A DNA stretch of 64,000 nt from Akkermansia muciniphila (GTDB taxonomy: Bacteria > Verrucomicrobiota > Verrucomicrobiia > Limisphaerales > UBA9464), in contig CAMDDW010000001.1 in NCBI GenBank assembly GCA_945893185.1, forward strand, positions 82,504 to 146,503, in the 5' to 3' direction. Under the pieces are notes generated by a model, which saw only the letters and a list, made by a program, of their open reading frames with translations, was not told the DNA's origin and ran no database searches. The position numbers and the translations under genes are program-made. Below are positions 9,966 through 19,215 of this stretch, in pieces. The first letter of the stretch is position 1. Each line of letters starts with the position of its first letter.

Positions 9966-10748
9966 TCAGAGGCTCGGTCCATCGGCGGCGTCGGGACCCT
10001 CGCGGCGAACGCGGGAGGAGGCCTCCAGAGCAAGAAAGTAAGCGCTGGCCTCGGCCGGATCTAGGCTCCAACGACGCGCCAGCAACGCCACTCTCTCGGC
10101 ATTCTGCTGTTCGGAGGGACCTCCGCAAATACCGGGGCCTTCGACGGCTTCCCCATAATCGTGGCAGGTGAGGCCCAGGAGGCGTTCGTCCAAGGTCCAG
10201 TCCCCCTGACTCCACAAGGTCTCACCGGCCCAGGCATAAGCTCGAACCACGTTGCCCTCCCGGAGCCAAGCCCAAGCATGGTGATTGAGAACGCGATCCG
10301 CGGAGAAAAACTGAACTTCGCCAACCTCTCGGCTCAGGCGAGAGAGAAACCGGTAGAGTTGATCGATATCAGCGGCGGGGTCCGGGATGGCCGCACCGAC
10401 CACCAGTGACCAACCGCGCCAGGGCGGCGAAATGAATATCACCCGTTCGCGAAACCGCACCAGAGCCTCGGACCATGGGGAACCCTCGCCAGGCTCGATG
10501 TGCAGCATCTCGCGAAGAAACACGGTGTTGGAGCTGCGGATAGCCAACCAGCGGTTGGGCAGCGGCAGGGTCAGCACAGATCTGCTGGAACCGACGAGGG
10601 GCGTGAGTGGATCCATCCAGCGCTGAGTCAGCCGCAGTGCCCGAAGGTGACGCCGGTACAACGTGGCGAAGACAATGGCGATGCCGATCACCATACCGAA
10701 GCTGACCAGCAGCCCGATCGCCAAACCATGCATGACCGTGGGATTCAT
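9966..10748 (-). CDS. Hypothetical N-terminally membrane-anchored protein
   Basis: The ORF track gives 9966..10808 with a TTG start. I prefer ATG 10748 (MNPTVMHGLAIGLLVSFGMVIGIAIVFATLYRRH = one TM helix followed by basic residues). I recognised no family motif in the ~230-aa remainder. Confidence 0.55.
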   Translation of the reverse strand: MNPTVMHGLAIGLLVSFGMVIGIAIVFATLYRRHLRALRLTQRWMDPLTPLVGSSRSVLTLPLPNRWLAIRSSNTVFLREMLHIEPGEGSPWSEALVRFRERVIFISPPWRGWSLVVGAAIPDPAADIDQLYRFLSRLSREVGEVQFFSADRVLNHHAWAWLREGNVVRAYAWAGETLWSQGDWTLDERLLGLTCHDYGEAVEGPGICGGPSEQQNAERVALLARRWSLDPAEASAYFLALEASSRVRREGPDAADGPSL

Positions 10749-10908
10749 TGCGTTGCCCCAAAAAAACAGTAGACCCCTAGAAACAACACCCTGGCGATCG
10801 ATTGGCAAATGCGATCTGAGCGCTGGGTGATTTTTTAGTCACTTCCCCGGAATTCGGACCCGCTGAACAGACGATGATTGACCCACGAGGGGACAGACTT
10901 CTGAGGGG

Positions 10909-12747
10909 TCAACGGTGGGAACGCGTTTGGCGGAGGGTCTGAACGGCGGCCTGGACCTGCCAACCGGAGACTTCCAGGGCGGTCCGGGCGACTTCAGGGG
11001 CGACGTGGGTCAATTCTTGGACGATGCGGAGAGCCCGATCGCGCAATTTCACGTTGGAGGGGTTGAGGTCGATCATCAGGTTTTCTTCGACCTTGCCGAG
11101 GCGAACCATGGTGAGGGTGCTGAGGATGTTCAGGACGAGCTTAGTGGCGGTGCCGGCCTTAAGTCGGGTCGACCCTGTGAGCACCTCAGGGCCGACGTCG
11201 ATGGCCAGAACAACATCCGGCCGGAGGCTTCGGGCAAATTTCAGGTTCGGATTAAAGCAGAGCAAGGCGGTCCGGGCTCCAGCTTCACGGGCGGCGGCCA
11301 ATCCTCCCCAGACATAAGGGGTCCTTCCAGAAGCTGCGATGCCCACCACCACATCCTTTGAGGAAACCTGACGGAGACGAAGGGCTTCATACCCTGCCCC
11401 AGCGTCGTCTTCAGCGCCTTCCACCGAAGTGTGCAAGGCCTTCTCGCCCCCAGCCATGAGGCCCTGGACCCACTCGGGCGGAGTCCGAAAGGTGGGCGGA
11501 CATTCGCTGGCGTCCAAGACTCCGAGGCGGCCGCTGGTGCCGGCGCCCAGATAAATCAGCCGCCCTCCGCTGCGGATGGCAGCCTCGGCAAGGCAGATTA
11601 ATCGTGCCAAGGCCACCCGGTGCCGGCCGATGATCTCGGGGACCTGTGAGTCTTCAGACAACATTAAGTCGATGGCCTTGCTGACAGGCATCCGGTCAAG
11701 ATGCCGGGAACGCGGGTTCCGCTGCTCCGTCGGGGAAACACCCGTCGATTCAGGACGCGGGACCGATGGAGGGACCGCCACACCCGGGGCTAGGACTGTG
11801 GGCACCTGAGAGCTGTCCCCTGAGGCCAAGGCCTGCTCGGCGAGGACCACCGCACCCCAGGCCGATTCCCGTTCCAAGAATCGGATCACGGACTGGGGTC
11901 GCACCGCCCGAAGAACGCTCTCGATGTGGGGGAGCCATCGCGGCTGACGCAAGAAGACACTGCCCGCCAACACAAATTCCACCCGCGCCTTGCCCGTCCG
12001 GTCCAGTCGTGCCGCACAAACCAAGGCCAACTCGAGCAACTCGCCGAGGCACCGCTCAATGACCTGGTGGGCTCTCGGGTCGCCATGGGCCGCCGCCGCG
12101 AACACCTCCGGTGCCAAAGCGGCGACCTCACGCTTGGAAGCCGACTGCATCCAGCCCACCCAGGCTTCGGGGTCTTTGAGGCCAGAAGCCTTGAGAAGTC
12201 GGCGACCGAGGGCACCGATACGGCCGGTCTGTTCGAGCTGACGGATGGCCTCACGCAATCCGGCGTAAGCGATGGCAAAACCGCTGCCCTGATCTCCCAA
12301 CTGGTGTCCCCATCCGCCGGCCTTGGCCGTCACTCCCCGTCGATTCCGGCCAAAGCAGCACGAACCCGTGCCGCTCAAGAGGATCACCCGTGCATCCACC
12401 GAATTTGTGGCATCCAAGGAGGCTGCCTCGAGCGCGCTCACAAGGTCATGATCAACGCGGACCGGCACGGACGGCCAGACCCTCGCCACGCAGGCGCGCA
12501 ACCGTTGCCGATCTTCTTCGGTCCTCACTCCAGCCATGCCGATGCCGATGGCCACTGGTTCCGGCAGACGGGATTTCAGGGAGTCAAAGTGGGACTGTAA
12601 ATCCAAGTCCGAAGTCAGCCGCAAATTAGCCGGTCCGGATTCAATCCGTGCCAACGACGCTCTGCCTCCCACCACCGCCGCCAAGGCCACGGTGCGAGTG
12701 CCGCCACATTCGATACCGATTACCGTTTTGGACTCCGGATCCCTCAT
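10909..12747 (-). CDS. murQ: Fusion protein: BadF/BadG/BcrA/BcrD-type sugar kinase (MurNAc/GlcNAc-kinase-like) + N-acetylmuramic acid 6-phosphate etherase (MurQ, SIS domain)
   Basis: The N-terminal half has VIGIECGGTRT ... LLSGTGSCCFG ... GGWGHQLGDQGSG, the ASKHA kinase motifs. The C-terminal half has RLIYLGAGTSGRLGVLDASECPPTF ... GIAASGRTPYV ... GSTRLKAGTATKLVLN, the MurQ hallmarks. The track start at 12963 would overlap the divergent WYL gene, so I use ATG 12747 (MRDPESKTVIGIECGG). Confidence 0.8.
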   Translation of the reverse strand: MRDPESKTVIGIECGGTRTVALAAVVGGRASLARIESGPANLRLTSDLDLQSHFDSLKSRLPEPVAIGIGMAGVRTEEDRQRLRACVARVWPSVPVRVDHDLVSALEAASLDATNSVDARVILLSGTGSCCFGRNRRGVTAKAGGWGHQLGDQGSGFAIAYAGLREAIRQLEQTGRIGALGRRLLKASGLKDPEAWVGWMQSASKREVAALAPEVFAAAAHGDPRAHQVIERCLGELLELALVCAARLDRTGKARVEFVLAGSVFLRQPRWLPHIESVLRAVRPQSVIRFLERESAWGAVVLAEQALASGDSSQVPTVLAPGVAVPPSVPRPESTGVSPTEQRNPRSRHLDRMPVSKAIDLMLSEDSQVPEIIGRHRVALARLICLAEAAIRSGGRLIYLGAGTSGRLGVLDASECPPTFRTPPEWVQGLMAGGEKALHTSVEGAEDDAGAGYEALRLRQVSSKDVVVGIAASGRTPYVWGGLAAAREAGARTALLCFNPNLKFARSLRPDVVLAIDVGPEVLTGSTRLKAGTATKLVLNILSTLTMVRLGKVEENLMIDLNPSNVKLRDRALRIVQELTHVAPEVARTALEVSGWQVQAAVQTLRQTRSHR

Positions 12748-12873
12748 GGGGTGAATTGGAAGACTGGGGTGCCTCGGGACAAAAGCGCAAAGCGCGACGA
12801 ACTGCGCGTTCCGCGATCGAACCATGGCTGGTCCGGAGTTGGCATTCCTGCCGTCTGAGAACAGTATTTGTAA

Positions 12874-13878
12874 ATGAAGAAGAGCGTGCGCGAGATGCCC
12901 ATGTCCCGACCGCCGTTGGAGCGGATGATGCGCATCCACACCGCCATCGCATCGGGCAAGCATCCCAATGCTTCGTTCCTCAGCCGCGAGTTTGAGGTGA
13001 GTACCAAGACCATCCAGCGGGATATCGATTTCATGCGCGATCGGATGGGTTTGCCTATCGACTACAGTGCTCAGCGTTATGGATTCTACTACACCGAACC
13101 GGTGGATTCATTTCCGACCCTACAAATCACGGAGGGAGAGCTCTTCGCGTTGGTGGTCGCTGAGAAGGCGCTTCAGCAATACCGCGGCACCCCTTTTGAA
13201 AAACGCCTCCTAACCGCTTTTAAGAAACTCGAGCGTTCGCTGCCCGACACCGTCTCTCTGAATCTAGCCGAATGGACGCAGACCATTTCCTTCCGAACCA
13301 CCGCCGAGCCCAACGTGGACCTCGGAATCATTGATCGGCTGGCCCAGGCCGCCGCCGCCGGCAAGACACTCCGCCTGACCTACCGCAAGCCCGGGGCGGC
13401 CCTCGAGGAGCGCACCGTAGATCCCTACCACATCGGCAATGTGAACGGAGACTGGTATCTCTTCGCGCACGACCATCTTCGAAAGGCCATCCGGACGTTT
13501 GTGCCTTCTCGGATTGCCGAAGCGGAACCCACCGGAAAGACCTTCCAGCGCCCCGCAAAATTCGCACTAGAACGGCATTTGAGCGACAGCTTCGGCGTGT
13601 ACTCACGCACCGGAGACTTCGAAGTCCGCATCTGCTTCACGCGGGCCGTAGCCGACTACATTCGCGAGAAACGGTGGCATCCCTCGCAGACGCTGACTGA
13701 ACTCCCCGACCGAGGGGTTGAGCTCCATCTCCGGCTGGGAAGCCTTGAGGAAATTAGCCGATGGATTTTGGGTTGGGGGGCCCAAGCCACCGTGCTCAGT
13801 CCGCCCGAGTTGGTGACCATCCTCCGCGAGACCGCCCTGGCCCTCGTGAAGAATTATCCCAAAGTCCCTAAGCCGTGA
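12874..13878 (+). CDS. HTH + WYL domain transcriptional regulator (YafY/PafBC-like)
   Basis: 334 aa. The N-terminal wHTH contains LSREFEVSTKTIQRDIDFMRD. The central WYL domain contains LRLTYRKPG...RTVDPYHIGNVNGDWYLFAHDH...IRTFVPSRI. A WCX-like tail follows. Confidence 0.85.
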   Translation: MKKSVREMPMSRPPLERMMRIHTAIASGKHPNASFLSREFEVSTKTIQRDIDFMRDRMGLPIDYSAQRYGFYYTEPVDSFPTLQITEGELFALVVAEKALQQYRGTPFEKRLLTAFKKLERSLPDTVSLNLAEWTQTISFRTTAEPNVDLGIIDRLAQAAAAGKTLRLTYRKPGAALEERTVDPYHIGNVNGDWYLFAHDHLRKAIRTFVPSRIAEAEPTGKTFQRPAKFALERHLSDSFGVYSRTGDFEVRICFTRAVADYIREKRWHPSQTLTELPDRGVELHLRLGSLEEISRWILGWGAQATVLSPPELVTILRETALALVKNYPKVPKP

Positions 13879-13887
13879 GAGCCCTGG

Positions 13888-13908
13888 CGGAAGGTAGATT
13901 CCCTTCCG
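13888..13908. terminator. Short hairpin between convergent WYL and glycosylase genes
   Basis: CGGAAGG-tagattc-CCTTCCG gives a 7-bp stem. It is the only structure in the 40-nt gap between the stops at 13878 and 13919. Confidence 0.35.
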
Positions 13909-13918
13909 AACCAGCCAT

Positions 13919-14557
13919 TTAAAGTTTCGAAACCTTGGCTACGAGCTTCGCGGCATCGGCAGCCCGCCATAAGTACCAGGCCGCGGTCGTTCGAAACGGA
14001 CGCCAGCGTTCACCGAAGGCCAACAACTCCTTCGGCCGAGGTTGAACCTCGTGCCCATAGGTCACACGGAACCCCTCCCGAACGCCGAAGTCGTCGACCG
14101 GCAAAACGTCCGGCCGCCCCAACTTGAAGATGAGCAGCATCTCGACGGTCCACCGCCCGACCCCGCGACAGGCGCTCAGTCGATCGACGATCTGCTCGTC
14201 AGAAAGAGCTCGAATTTTCCGCGAAGTGGGCACGGTGCCATCGATGGCCTTGGCGGCGATATCTCGGATGGCGGCCGCCTTAGAGCCCGAGAAGCCGAAG
14301 GATCGCAAGTCTCCATCAGTGACCGACTCCAAGTCTTCGGGCCGAGGAAATCGGCGGCCGGGGAATCGAGCCAAAAACCGTCCCAAAATACTTTCAGCCG
14401 CCTTGCCATGCAGCTGCTGGTGGGCCACAGCCCGGACCAGCGACTCGAACGGAGTTCGCTGAGGCTCCGGATTCAAGGTGCAGGCACCGATTTTTTGGAT
14501 AAGGCGACCCATTACGAGATCCGATTCAGCGAGGTGTCGTAGGGCTTCAGGGGTCAT
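13919..14557 (-). CDS. HhH-GPD DNA glycosylase (3-methyladenine DNA glycosylase II / AlkA-like)
   Basis: 212 aa. Contains VAHQQLHGKAAESI, the helix-hairpin-helix GVGRWTVEMLLIF, and the catalytic-Asp region PDVLPVDDFGVREG. Confidence 0.8.
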   Translation of the reverse strand: MTPEALRHLAESDLVMGRLIQKIGACTLNPEPQRTPFESLVRAVAHQQLHGKAAESILGRFLARFPGRRFPRPEDLESVTDGDLRSFGFSGSKAAAIRDIAAKAIDGTVPTSRKIRALSDEQIVDRLSACRGVGRWTVEMLLIFKLGRPDVLPVDDFGVREGFRVTYGHEVQPRPKELLAFGERWRPFRTTAAWYLWRAADAAKLVAKVSKL

Positions 14558-14581
14558 AGCAACGAGAGACCTGCAAATGAA

Positions 14582-16264
14582 TCACCGCTTCCCACCCAGG
14601 CGCTGAACTTCATTGGAAACGGAGGTGATTTTTTCCACATCCCGCATGTCGCGGGCGAACTGCAATTGACGGATGCGTAGCTCCTGGATGTCTACATCCG
14701 GAGGCGACGTGACAATGAGCTGTTCTAGACATCGGTACGCCTCGGCCGGTTGCCCGAGGACTCGATGGGCCTCGATGCTGTCCAGCAGCAGGCGTCGGCG
14801 CTGCATCGGTGTGGCGTTGGTCAGACCTAGGGCCGTGTCATACCACTCCAAAGCCCTGCGAACCCGGATGCTCGACCAGTACAGACGTCCTATTTTCTCG
14901 GCCACGACGGCATGATTGGTGGCCCAGCGTTGTCCCTCGAGCTGGTCGCGCACTGCTTCCACCGGGCGGCCCGCCATGAGTTGGAAGTTGGCGTTGCGGA
15001 CCAGCGCGTAGGCAGTCCGCGGATCATTGGCATCGTCCAGGCGTTTGCCGTCGTCGGCCAGCAGGCGACCGAAGGGCCGGTACAACGGATCGCCCACCAC
15101 CACCGTCTGCCACGACAGCACCGGGTGTGCGGCGGTTGCCGCTTCGCCCAGGGTCATCCCGACGTATCCCCAACGTTCCAGGAACATGGCCGGATTGGGG
15201 GTGAACTCCAAATAAGGCTCAGCCACACAACCCATGGTGGCGGTGGCTCCGCGGGCTAGGAGCGGGCCCACCCAGTTTTCGGAGGCCGATCTAAGGTTGG
15301 CCGCGCTAAAGGAATGCAAGTGGTAGGCGAAGGCTCCAGGGAGGAATTCGACGCTGGCCCGGTAGAACGGTCCAGTCACCCCACTGTCGTACCAACCCAC
15401 ATAGAGGGCCACCTGACTGAGAGGATACCCGACTCCCAAGCTCGCGGGTTGATTGTCGACGAAGGTCTCGAATCCAAGCCGTTTGGCGGCCACCGCTGCA
15501 TTGGTAATCATCCGGTCGCCCGACCAATAGGGCCCATTGGTAATGGCTCGCAGGTCAATGTAGGCGTGCCCCCACAATCCCCGAGACTCGGCCTCCAGCG
15601 CCTTGTCCACCAGGCCCCGAGCGATCTCCGGCGTGGGCCCATCCAATCGCGTCACCATGAAGACGCCATTCGTGGGGTGGATCTGGGCCGCATTGGTGGC
15701 TCCGACCACAGGATTGGGGGAGGTCGCAATCGGGTCGTTAAAACCCAACCGAGGCAGCAAGGCCAACTCATCATCCACCGAGGCGTCATTGCGCAAAAAT
15801 TGGGCAGGGATGCCCCCTGTTTCACTGCGCATCGACGAGTCGTGAGGAATATACCACGGCACCCCGTAGCACAGAAGCAGGTAGCGAATCTCCGAGCGGA
15901 TGAGACGCAGGCGATTCCGGGCCGTTGCCTTGCGACCCTGCGGCGGCAAACTGGAATCGGGCACCCACTCCGCCAATCCTTTTTCCACGAGATGCCTGCG
16001 GACCGGTTCCTGGATCCCTGAAATGTAGTCCGCACGGGAAATAGTCCCCGATTCGGAAAGGCGAAGGCCCAAAAGTTGGGAATCCGGAACCGACCTCCGC
16101 CGGGCATAATGCCGGGCGACGGCCTCGGAGGCAGGCATCTGAGCATTGTAGATGACCAACACCTCATTGCCCGCGGCCTCGGCGACCCAGGAGCTAATCC
16201 AGACCCATCCCAACAGCAGCTTAAGCAGCCACCCGATCCGCATCTTTCGAGGGGTCGGAGCCAT
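14582..16264 (-). CDS. Secreted hypothetical protein with C-terminal TPR-like repeats (possibly TIGR03790 family)
   Basis: The track ORF starts at 16336 and overlaps cmk. ATG 16264 (or 16243) gives the signal peptide MAPTPRKMRIGWLLKLLLGWVWISSWVAEA. The opening EVLVIYNAQMPASEAVARHYARRRSVP resembles my recollection of TIGR03790, which I have not verified. Confidence 0.5.
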   Translation of the reverse strand: MAPTPRKMRIGWLLKLLLGWVWISSWVAEAAGNEVLVIYNAQMPASEAVARHYARRRSVPDSQLLGLRLSESGTISRADYISGIQEPVRRHLVEKGLAEWVPDSSLPPQGRKATARNRLRLIRSEIRYLLLCYGVPWYIPHDSSMRSETGGIPAQFLRNDASVDDELALLPRLGFNDPIATSPNPVVGATNAAQIHPTNGVFMVTRLDGPTPEIARGLVDKALEAESRGLWGHAYIDLRAITNGPYWSGDRMITNAAVAAKRLGFETFVDNQPASLGVGYPLSQVALYVGWYDSGVTGPFYRASVEFLPGAFAYHLHSFSAANLRSASENWVGPLLARGATATMGCVAEPYLEFTPNPAMFLERWGYVGMTLGEAATAAHPVLSWQTVVVGDPLYRPFGRLLADDGKRLDDANDPRTAYALVRNANFQLMAGRPVEAVRDQLEGQRWATNHAVVAEKIGRLYWSSIRVRRALEWYDTALGLTNATPMQRRRLLLDSIEAHRVLGQPAEAYRCLEQLIVTSPPDVDIQELRIRQLQFARDMRDVEKITSVSNEVQRLGGKR

Positions 16265-16268
16265 CAGA

Positions 16269-16970
16269 TCATTCCTGCTTCGGATTCTCCAAACGGGACC
16301 CGAGGCGCTCGCGGACATGGCCCATAAGCACGGCAAAGGTCTCGTCCGGGGTTTGTCCGGTGTTATTGATGCGGACGGAATCGAGGGCCGGGATTAGTGC
16401 CCCTTTCTTGCGATGGATGTCCATGCTATCGCGCCAGGCTCCGTCGGTGGATCCCCCACGGTCGGTAATCCGGCGCTGACGCTCTGCGGCATCGGCCTCG
16501 AGAAAGAATTTCACCGGGGCCAACGGGAACACCTCGGTGCCAATATCGCGTCCCTCCATGACCAGCGGCCCGAGGGCGGCACAGTCCCGCTGTCGGGCCA
16601 CCATCCAGTCCCGAACCTTGCCGATTTGTGCGACGACCGGGACCGCCTTCTCGACGACATCGGTGCGAATCTCGGTCGCCGGGAAATACCCGTCGACATG
16701 GATCCATGCCTGAGCGTCGATCACGCGGAGCTCCCATTTCCAGCTGCGAAGCTGACGAACGACGGCCTTTTCATCGGCGTCGGTCATGGGTTTTTCGAGT
16801 CGGATTTGCCGCTGCAGGCAATACCAAGCCAGCGTCCGGTACATGGCTCCCGAATCGACATAGATATAGGCCAATTCGCGGGCCATCCGACGGGACAAGG
16901 TCCCCTTGCCCGACGCGCTGGGACCGTCGACCGCAATGACTTGGGGGAGCTTGAGTGTCTTGGTCTTCAT
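16269..16970 (-). CDS. cmk: Cytidylate kinase
   Basis: VIAVDGPSASGKGT P-loop, DSGAMYR motif. The start overlaps the aroA stop as ATGA. Confidence 0.9.
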   Translation of the reverse strand: MKTKTLKLPQVIAVDGPSASGKGTLSRRMARELAYIYVDSGAMYRTLAWYCLQRQIRLEKPMTDADEKAVVRQLRSWKWELRVIDAQAWIHVDGYFPATEIRTDVVEKAVPVVAQIGKVRDWMVARQRDCAALGPLVMEGRDIGTEVFPLAPVKFFLEADAAERQRRITDRGGSTDGAWRDSMDIHRKKGALIPALDSVRINNTGQTPDETFAVLMGHVRERLGSRLENPKQE

Positions 16971-18235
16971 TCAGCGTTGAGTTCGTTCAGGGGGAGCACT
17001 CGACCGGTGGTGGCATCAAGAATGATCGCCCCAAGACCAAAGGGGGGCGACCCGGCCAGTTTGCGGAAGAAATTGGGGAAGGTCTTGCGGACGCAGCGAG
17101 GGTTGCGCAATCGCATGCCAGAAATCCTCAGCCCCAGCATGGCAAAGCACATGGCCATGCGGTGGTCGTCGTAGGTTTCAATCTCGGCCCCGTGCAGGAT
17201 TGAGGGGCGGATTAGCAGGCTGTCACCGGACTCGGTCACGCTGGCACCGCACTTAATTAATTCGGTGCGCAGCGCCTGGACCCGCTCGCATTCCTGCAGG
17301 CGTAAACGCCCCAAGTCGGTGAAGCGGACCGGATGGTTTTCTAAGGAAGCCAGCGTGATGGCCGTCATGATGCTGTCTCCCAGATCGCTCTCGCGCGAAA
17401 CCTCGGCCGGCAGATCGAGGAAGTCGGGATACCGTGCATCGATCTGCCATCCCGAACTGGGCCAACGGGCCACTTCGACTCGGTTTTTGCCCATCAGGCG
17501 GGCTGCTCCCCAAAAGTAACTGCCGCTAGAGGCGTCTGGCTCCACCTGGAAATTGCCGCCGGAGTGCGGGAAGGACTCGACCAGTCGACGGGTCATTTCG
17601 ACATACGGCAACTCATCCGGATTGGCGTCGGCGATCTGCACTTCCCAACCCGCCACCTTCCCCGGAAGCAGGAGGGCCGAAGCGAATTGCGAACTCTCCG
17701 CCACGCTGACCCGGCACGACCCAGACCGAGGACCGGATCCGTGGATCACGGCAGGCAGACGGTCTCCGGGCGCGTCCACCCGATATCCCAACGAGCGAAG
17801 AGCCTGAAGCAAGGCCGCCTGGGGGCGCTCATGCATTCGTGGCACACCTGACAACCGGTAGCACCCCTCTCCCAAGCACACCATGGCCGCCAGAAAACGG
17901 GCCGCCGTCCCGGCATTGCCCACATATAATTCTAAGGGTGAGGACTCCGTGCCGGCCCTTGGGATCCGACCCGCCAACCCTTCCACCTGAATCACGCGAT
18001 TAGCCTCCTCGGCGAGGTCTTGGGCCACACCCACGGCAAATCCCAACTGACGCAGGCACTCGGTCATGACTTGCGTGTCTTCGCTCCACAAGGCACCGGT
18101 CAGCGTGACCGTGCCGGACGACAAGGCCGCCAAGATAAGAGCACGATTGGTAATGCTCTTGGATCCCGGTACCGTGATGGACACGAAGCCGGGAGAAGGT
18201 GGAGGAACGATCTCAATGAGGTCGGGCAGCAGCAT
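16967..18235 (-). CDS. aroA: 3-phosphoshikimate 1-carboxyvinyltransferase (EPSP synthase)
   Basis: VPGSKSITNRALILAAL near the N-terminus and DHRMAMCFA near the C-terminus. The start is trimmed to ATG 18235 (MLLPDLIEI), which removes the overlap with tyrA. Confidence 0.9.
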   Translation of the reverse strand: MLLPDLIEIVPPPSPGFVSITVPGSKSITNRALILAALSSGTVTLTGALWSEDTQVMTECLRQLGFAVGVAQDLAEEANRVIQVEGLAGRIPRAGTESSPLELYVGNAGTAARFLAAMVCLGEGCYRLSGVPRMHERPQAALLQALRSLGYRVDAPGDRLPAVIHGSGPRSGSCRVSVAESSQFASALLLPGKVAGWEVQIADANPDELPYVEMTRRLVESFPHSGGNFQVEPDASSGSYFWGAARLMGKNRVEVARWPSSGWQIDARYPDFLDLPAEVSRESDLGDSIMTAITLASLENHPVRFTDLGRLRLQECERVQALRTELIKCGASVTESGDSLLIRPSILHGAEIETYDDHRMAMCFAMLGLRISGMRLRNPRCVRKTFPNFFRKLAGSPPFGLGAIILDATTGRVLPLNELNAE

Positions 18236-18251
18236 CGGCTCAGGCGGTTTT

Positions 18252-19124
18252 CTAGGGCTCGGGATCGGGAAAGCGGAGATCTCTTCGGGATTTGGCCTGG
18301 CGGAAGAAATCTTCGATGGATTTCTCGTCACCCGCGTCCAGAGCCAGTCGGAATTCAGACAAATCCTCGATGAAGACTCCCAGCACTCGGGAGAGGTGAC
18401 GCCGGTTGGCTAAGGCGATGTCTCTCCACATTTCTGGAGACCCGGAGGCAATCCGAGTGGTGTCGCGAAATCCGCCCGCGCACAAATCGGATTGTTCCTT
18501 CGGGTGGACCGGGCTGAGGACGTAGTTGGCCAACTCAGCGGCCACCACATGCGGCAGGTGACTGCAGCGGGCCACCAAATCGTCGTGGAGCACCGGATTC
18601 ATTTGTAGCACCCGCGAGCCCACCGCCTCCCACAAGGATCGGATGGCGAGCACGGCGGAGGGGGCGCTCGCCGTCGTAGGAGTCACCACGCAGACAGCTC
18701 CCTCGAACAGGTCAGCCCGGGCATGGGCCGGACCACTCTTCTCGGCCCCGGCCATCGGATGACTGCCGACAAATCGAACGCCAGCCCCCTGGGCCAACGG
18801 CTCAATCTCGGCCACCAGGTCGGATTTCACGCTGCCCACATCCGTCACCAGACAATCGGGTGACAAGTGCCGGGACATTTCTCGGAACAACCCGGGACTC
18901 TGCCCGACCGGAGAACACAAGACCACCAGGTCGGCACCCACCACGGCCTCGGCCAGATTGCGCGAACACCGGTCCACCACGCCCAGAGCCAGGCACTCGG
19001 CCACCGAGGAAGCCCGCCGGACGAAGCCCTGGACCTCATCCGCCAGGCCACGGCGCCGAAGCGCCATACCGAGCGAACCGCCCAGCAAGCCCACGCCCAC
19101 CAACGTCACCTTGCGGAAATGCAC
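18252..19124 (-). CDS. tyrA: Prephenate/arogenate dehydrogenase
   Basis: Rossmann motif VTLVGVGLLGGSLG, then GSHPMAG. GTG start. Sits upstream of aroA-cmk in the same orientation. Confidence 0.85.
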   Translation of the reverse strand: MHFRKVTLVGVGLLGGSLGMALRRRGLADEVQGFVRRASSVAECLALGVVDRCSRNLAEAVVGADLVVLCSPVGQSPGLFREMSRHLSPDCLVTDVGSVKSDLVAEIEPLAQGAGVRFVGSHPMAGAEKSGPAHARADLFEGAVCVVTPTTASAPSAVLAIRSLWEAVGSRVLQMNPVLHDDLVARCSHLPHVVAAELANYVLSPVHPKEQSDLCAGGFRDTTRIASGSPEMWRDIALANRRHLSRVLGVFIEDLSEFRLALDAGDEKSIEDFFRQAKSRRDLRFPDPEP

Positions 19125-19215
19125 GGCCCCAACCTACCGAAGCCGAGAGGCGCGAGGGAAGCATTGAACCGTGGGTTCACGGGAAGAAACCAACAATGGA
19201 TCCGGGCTGAGCCTT

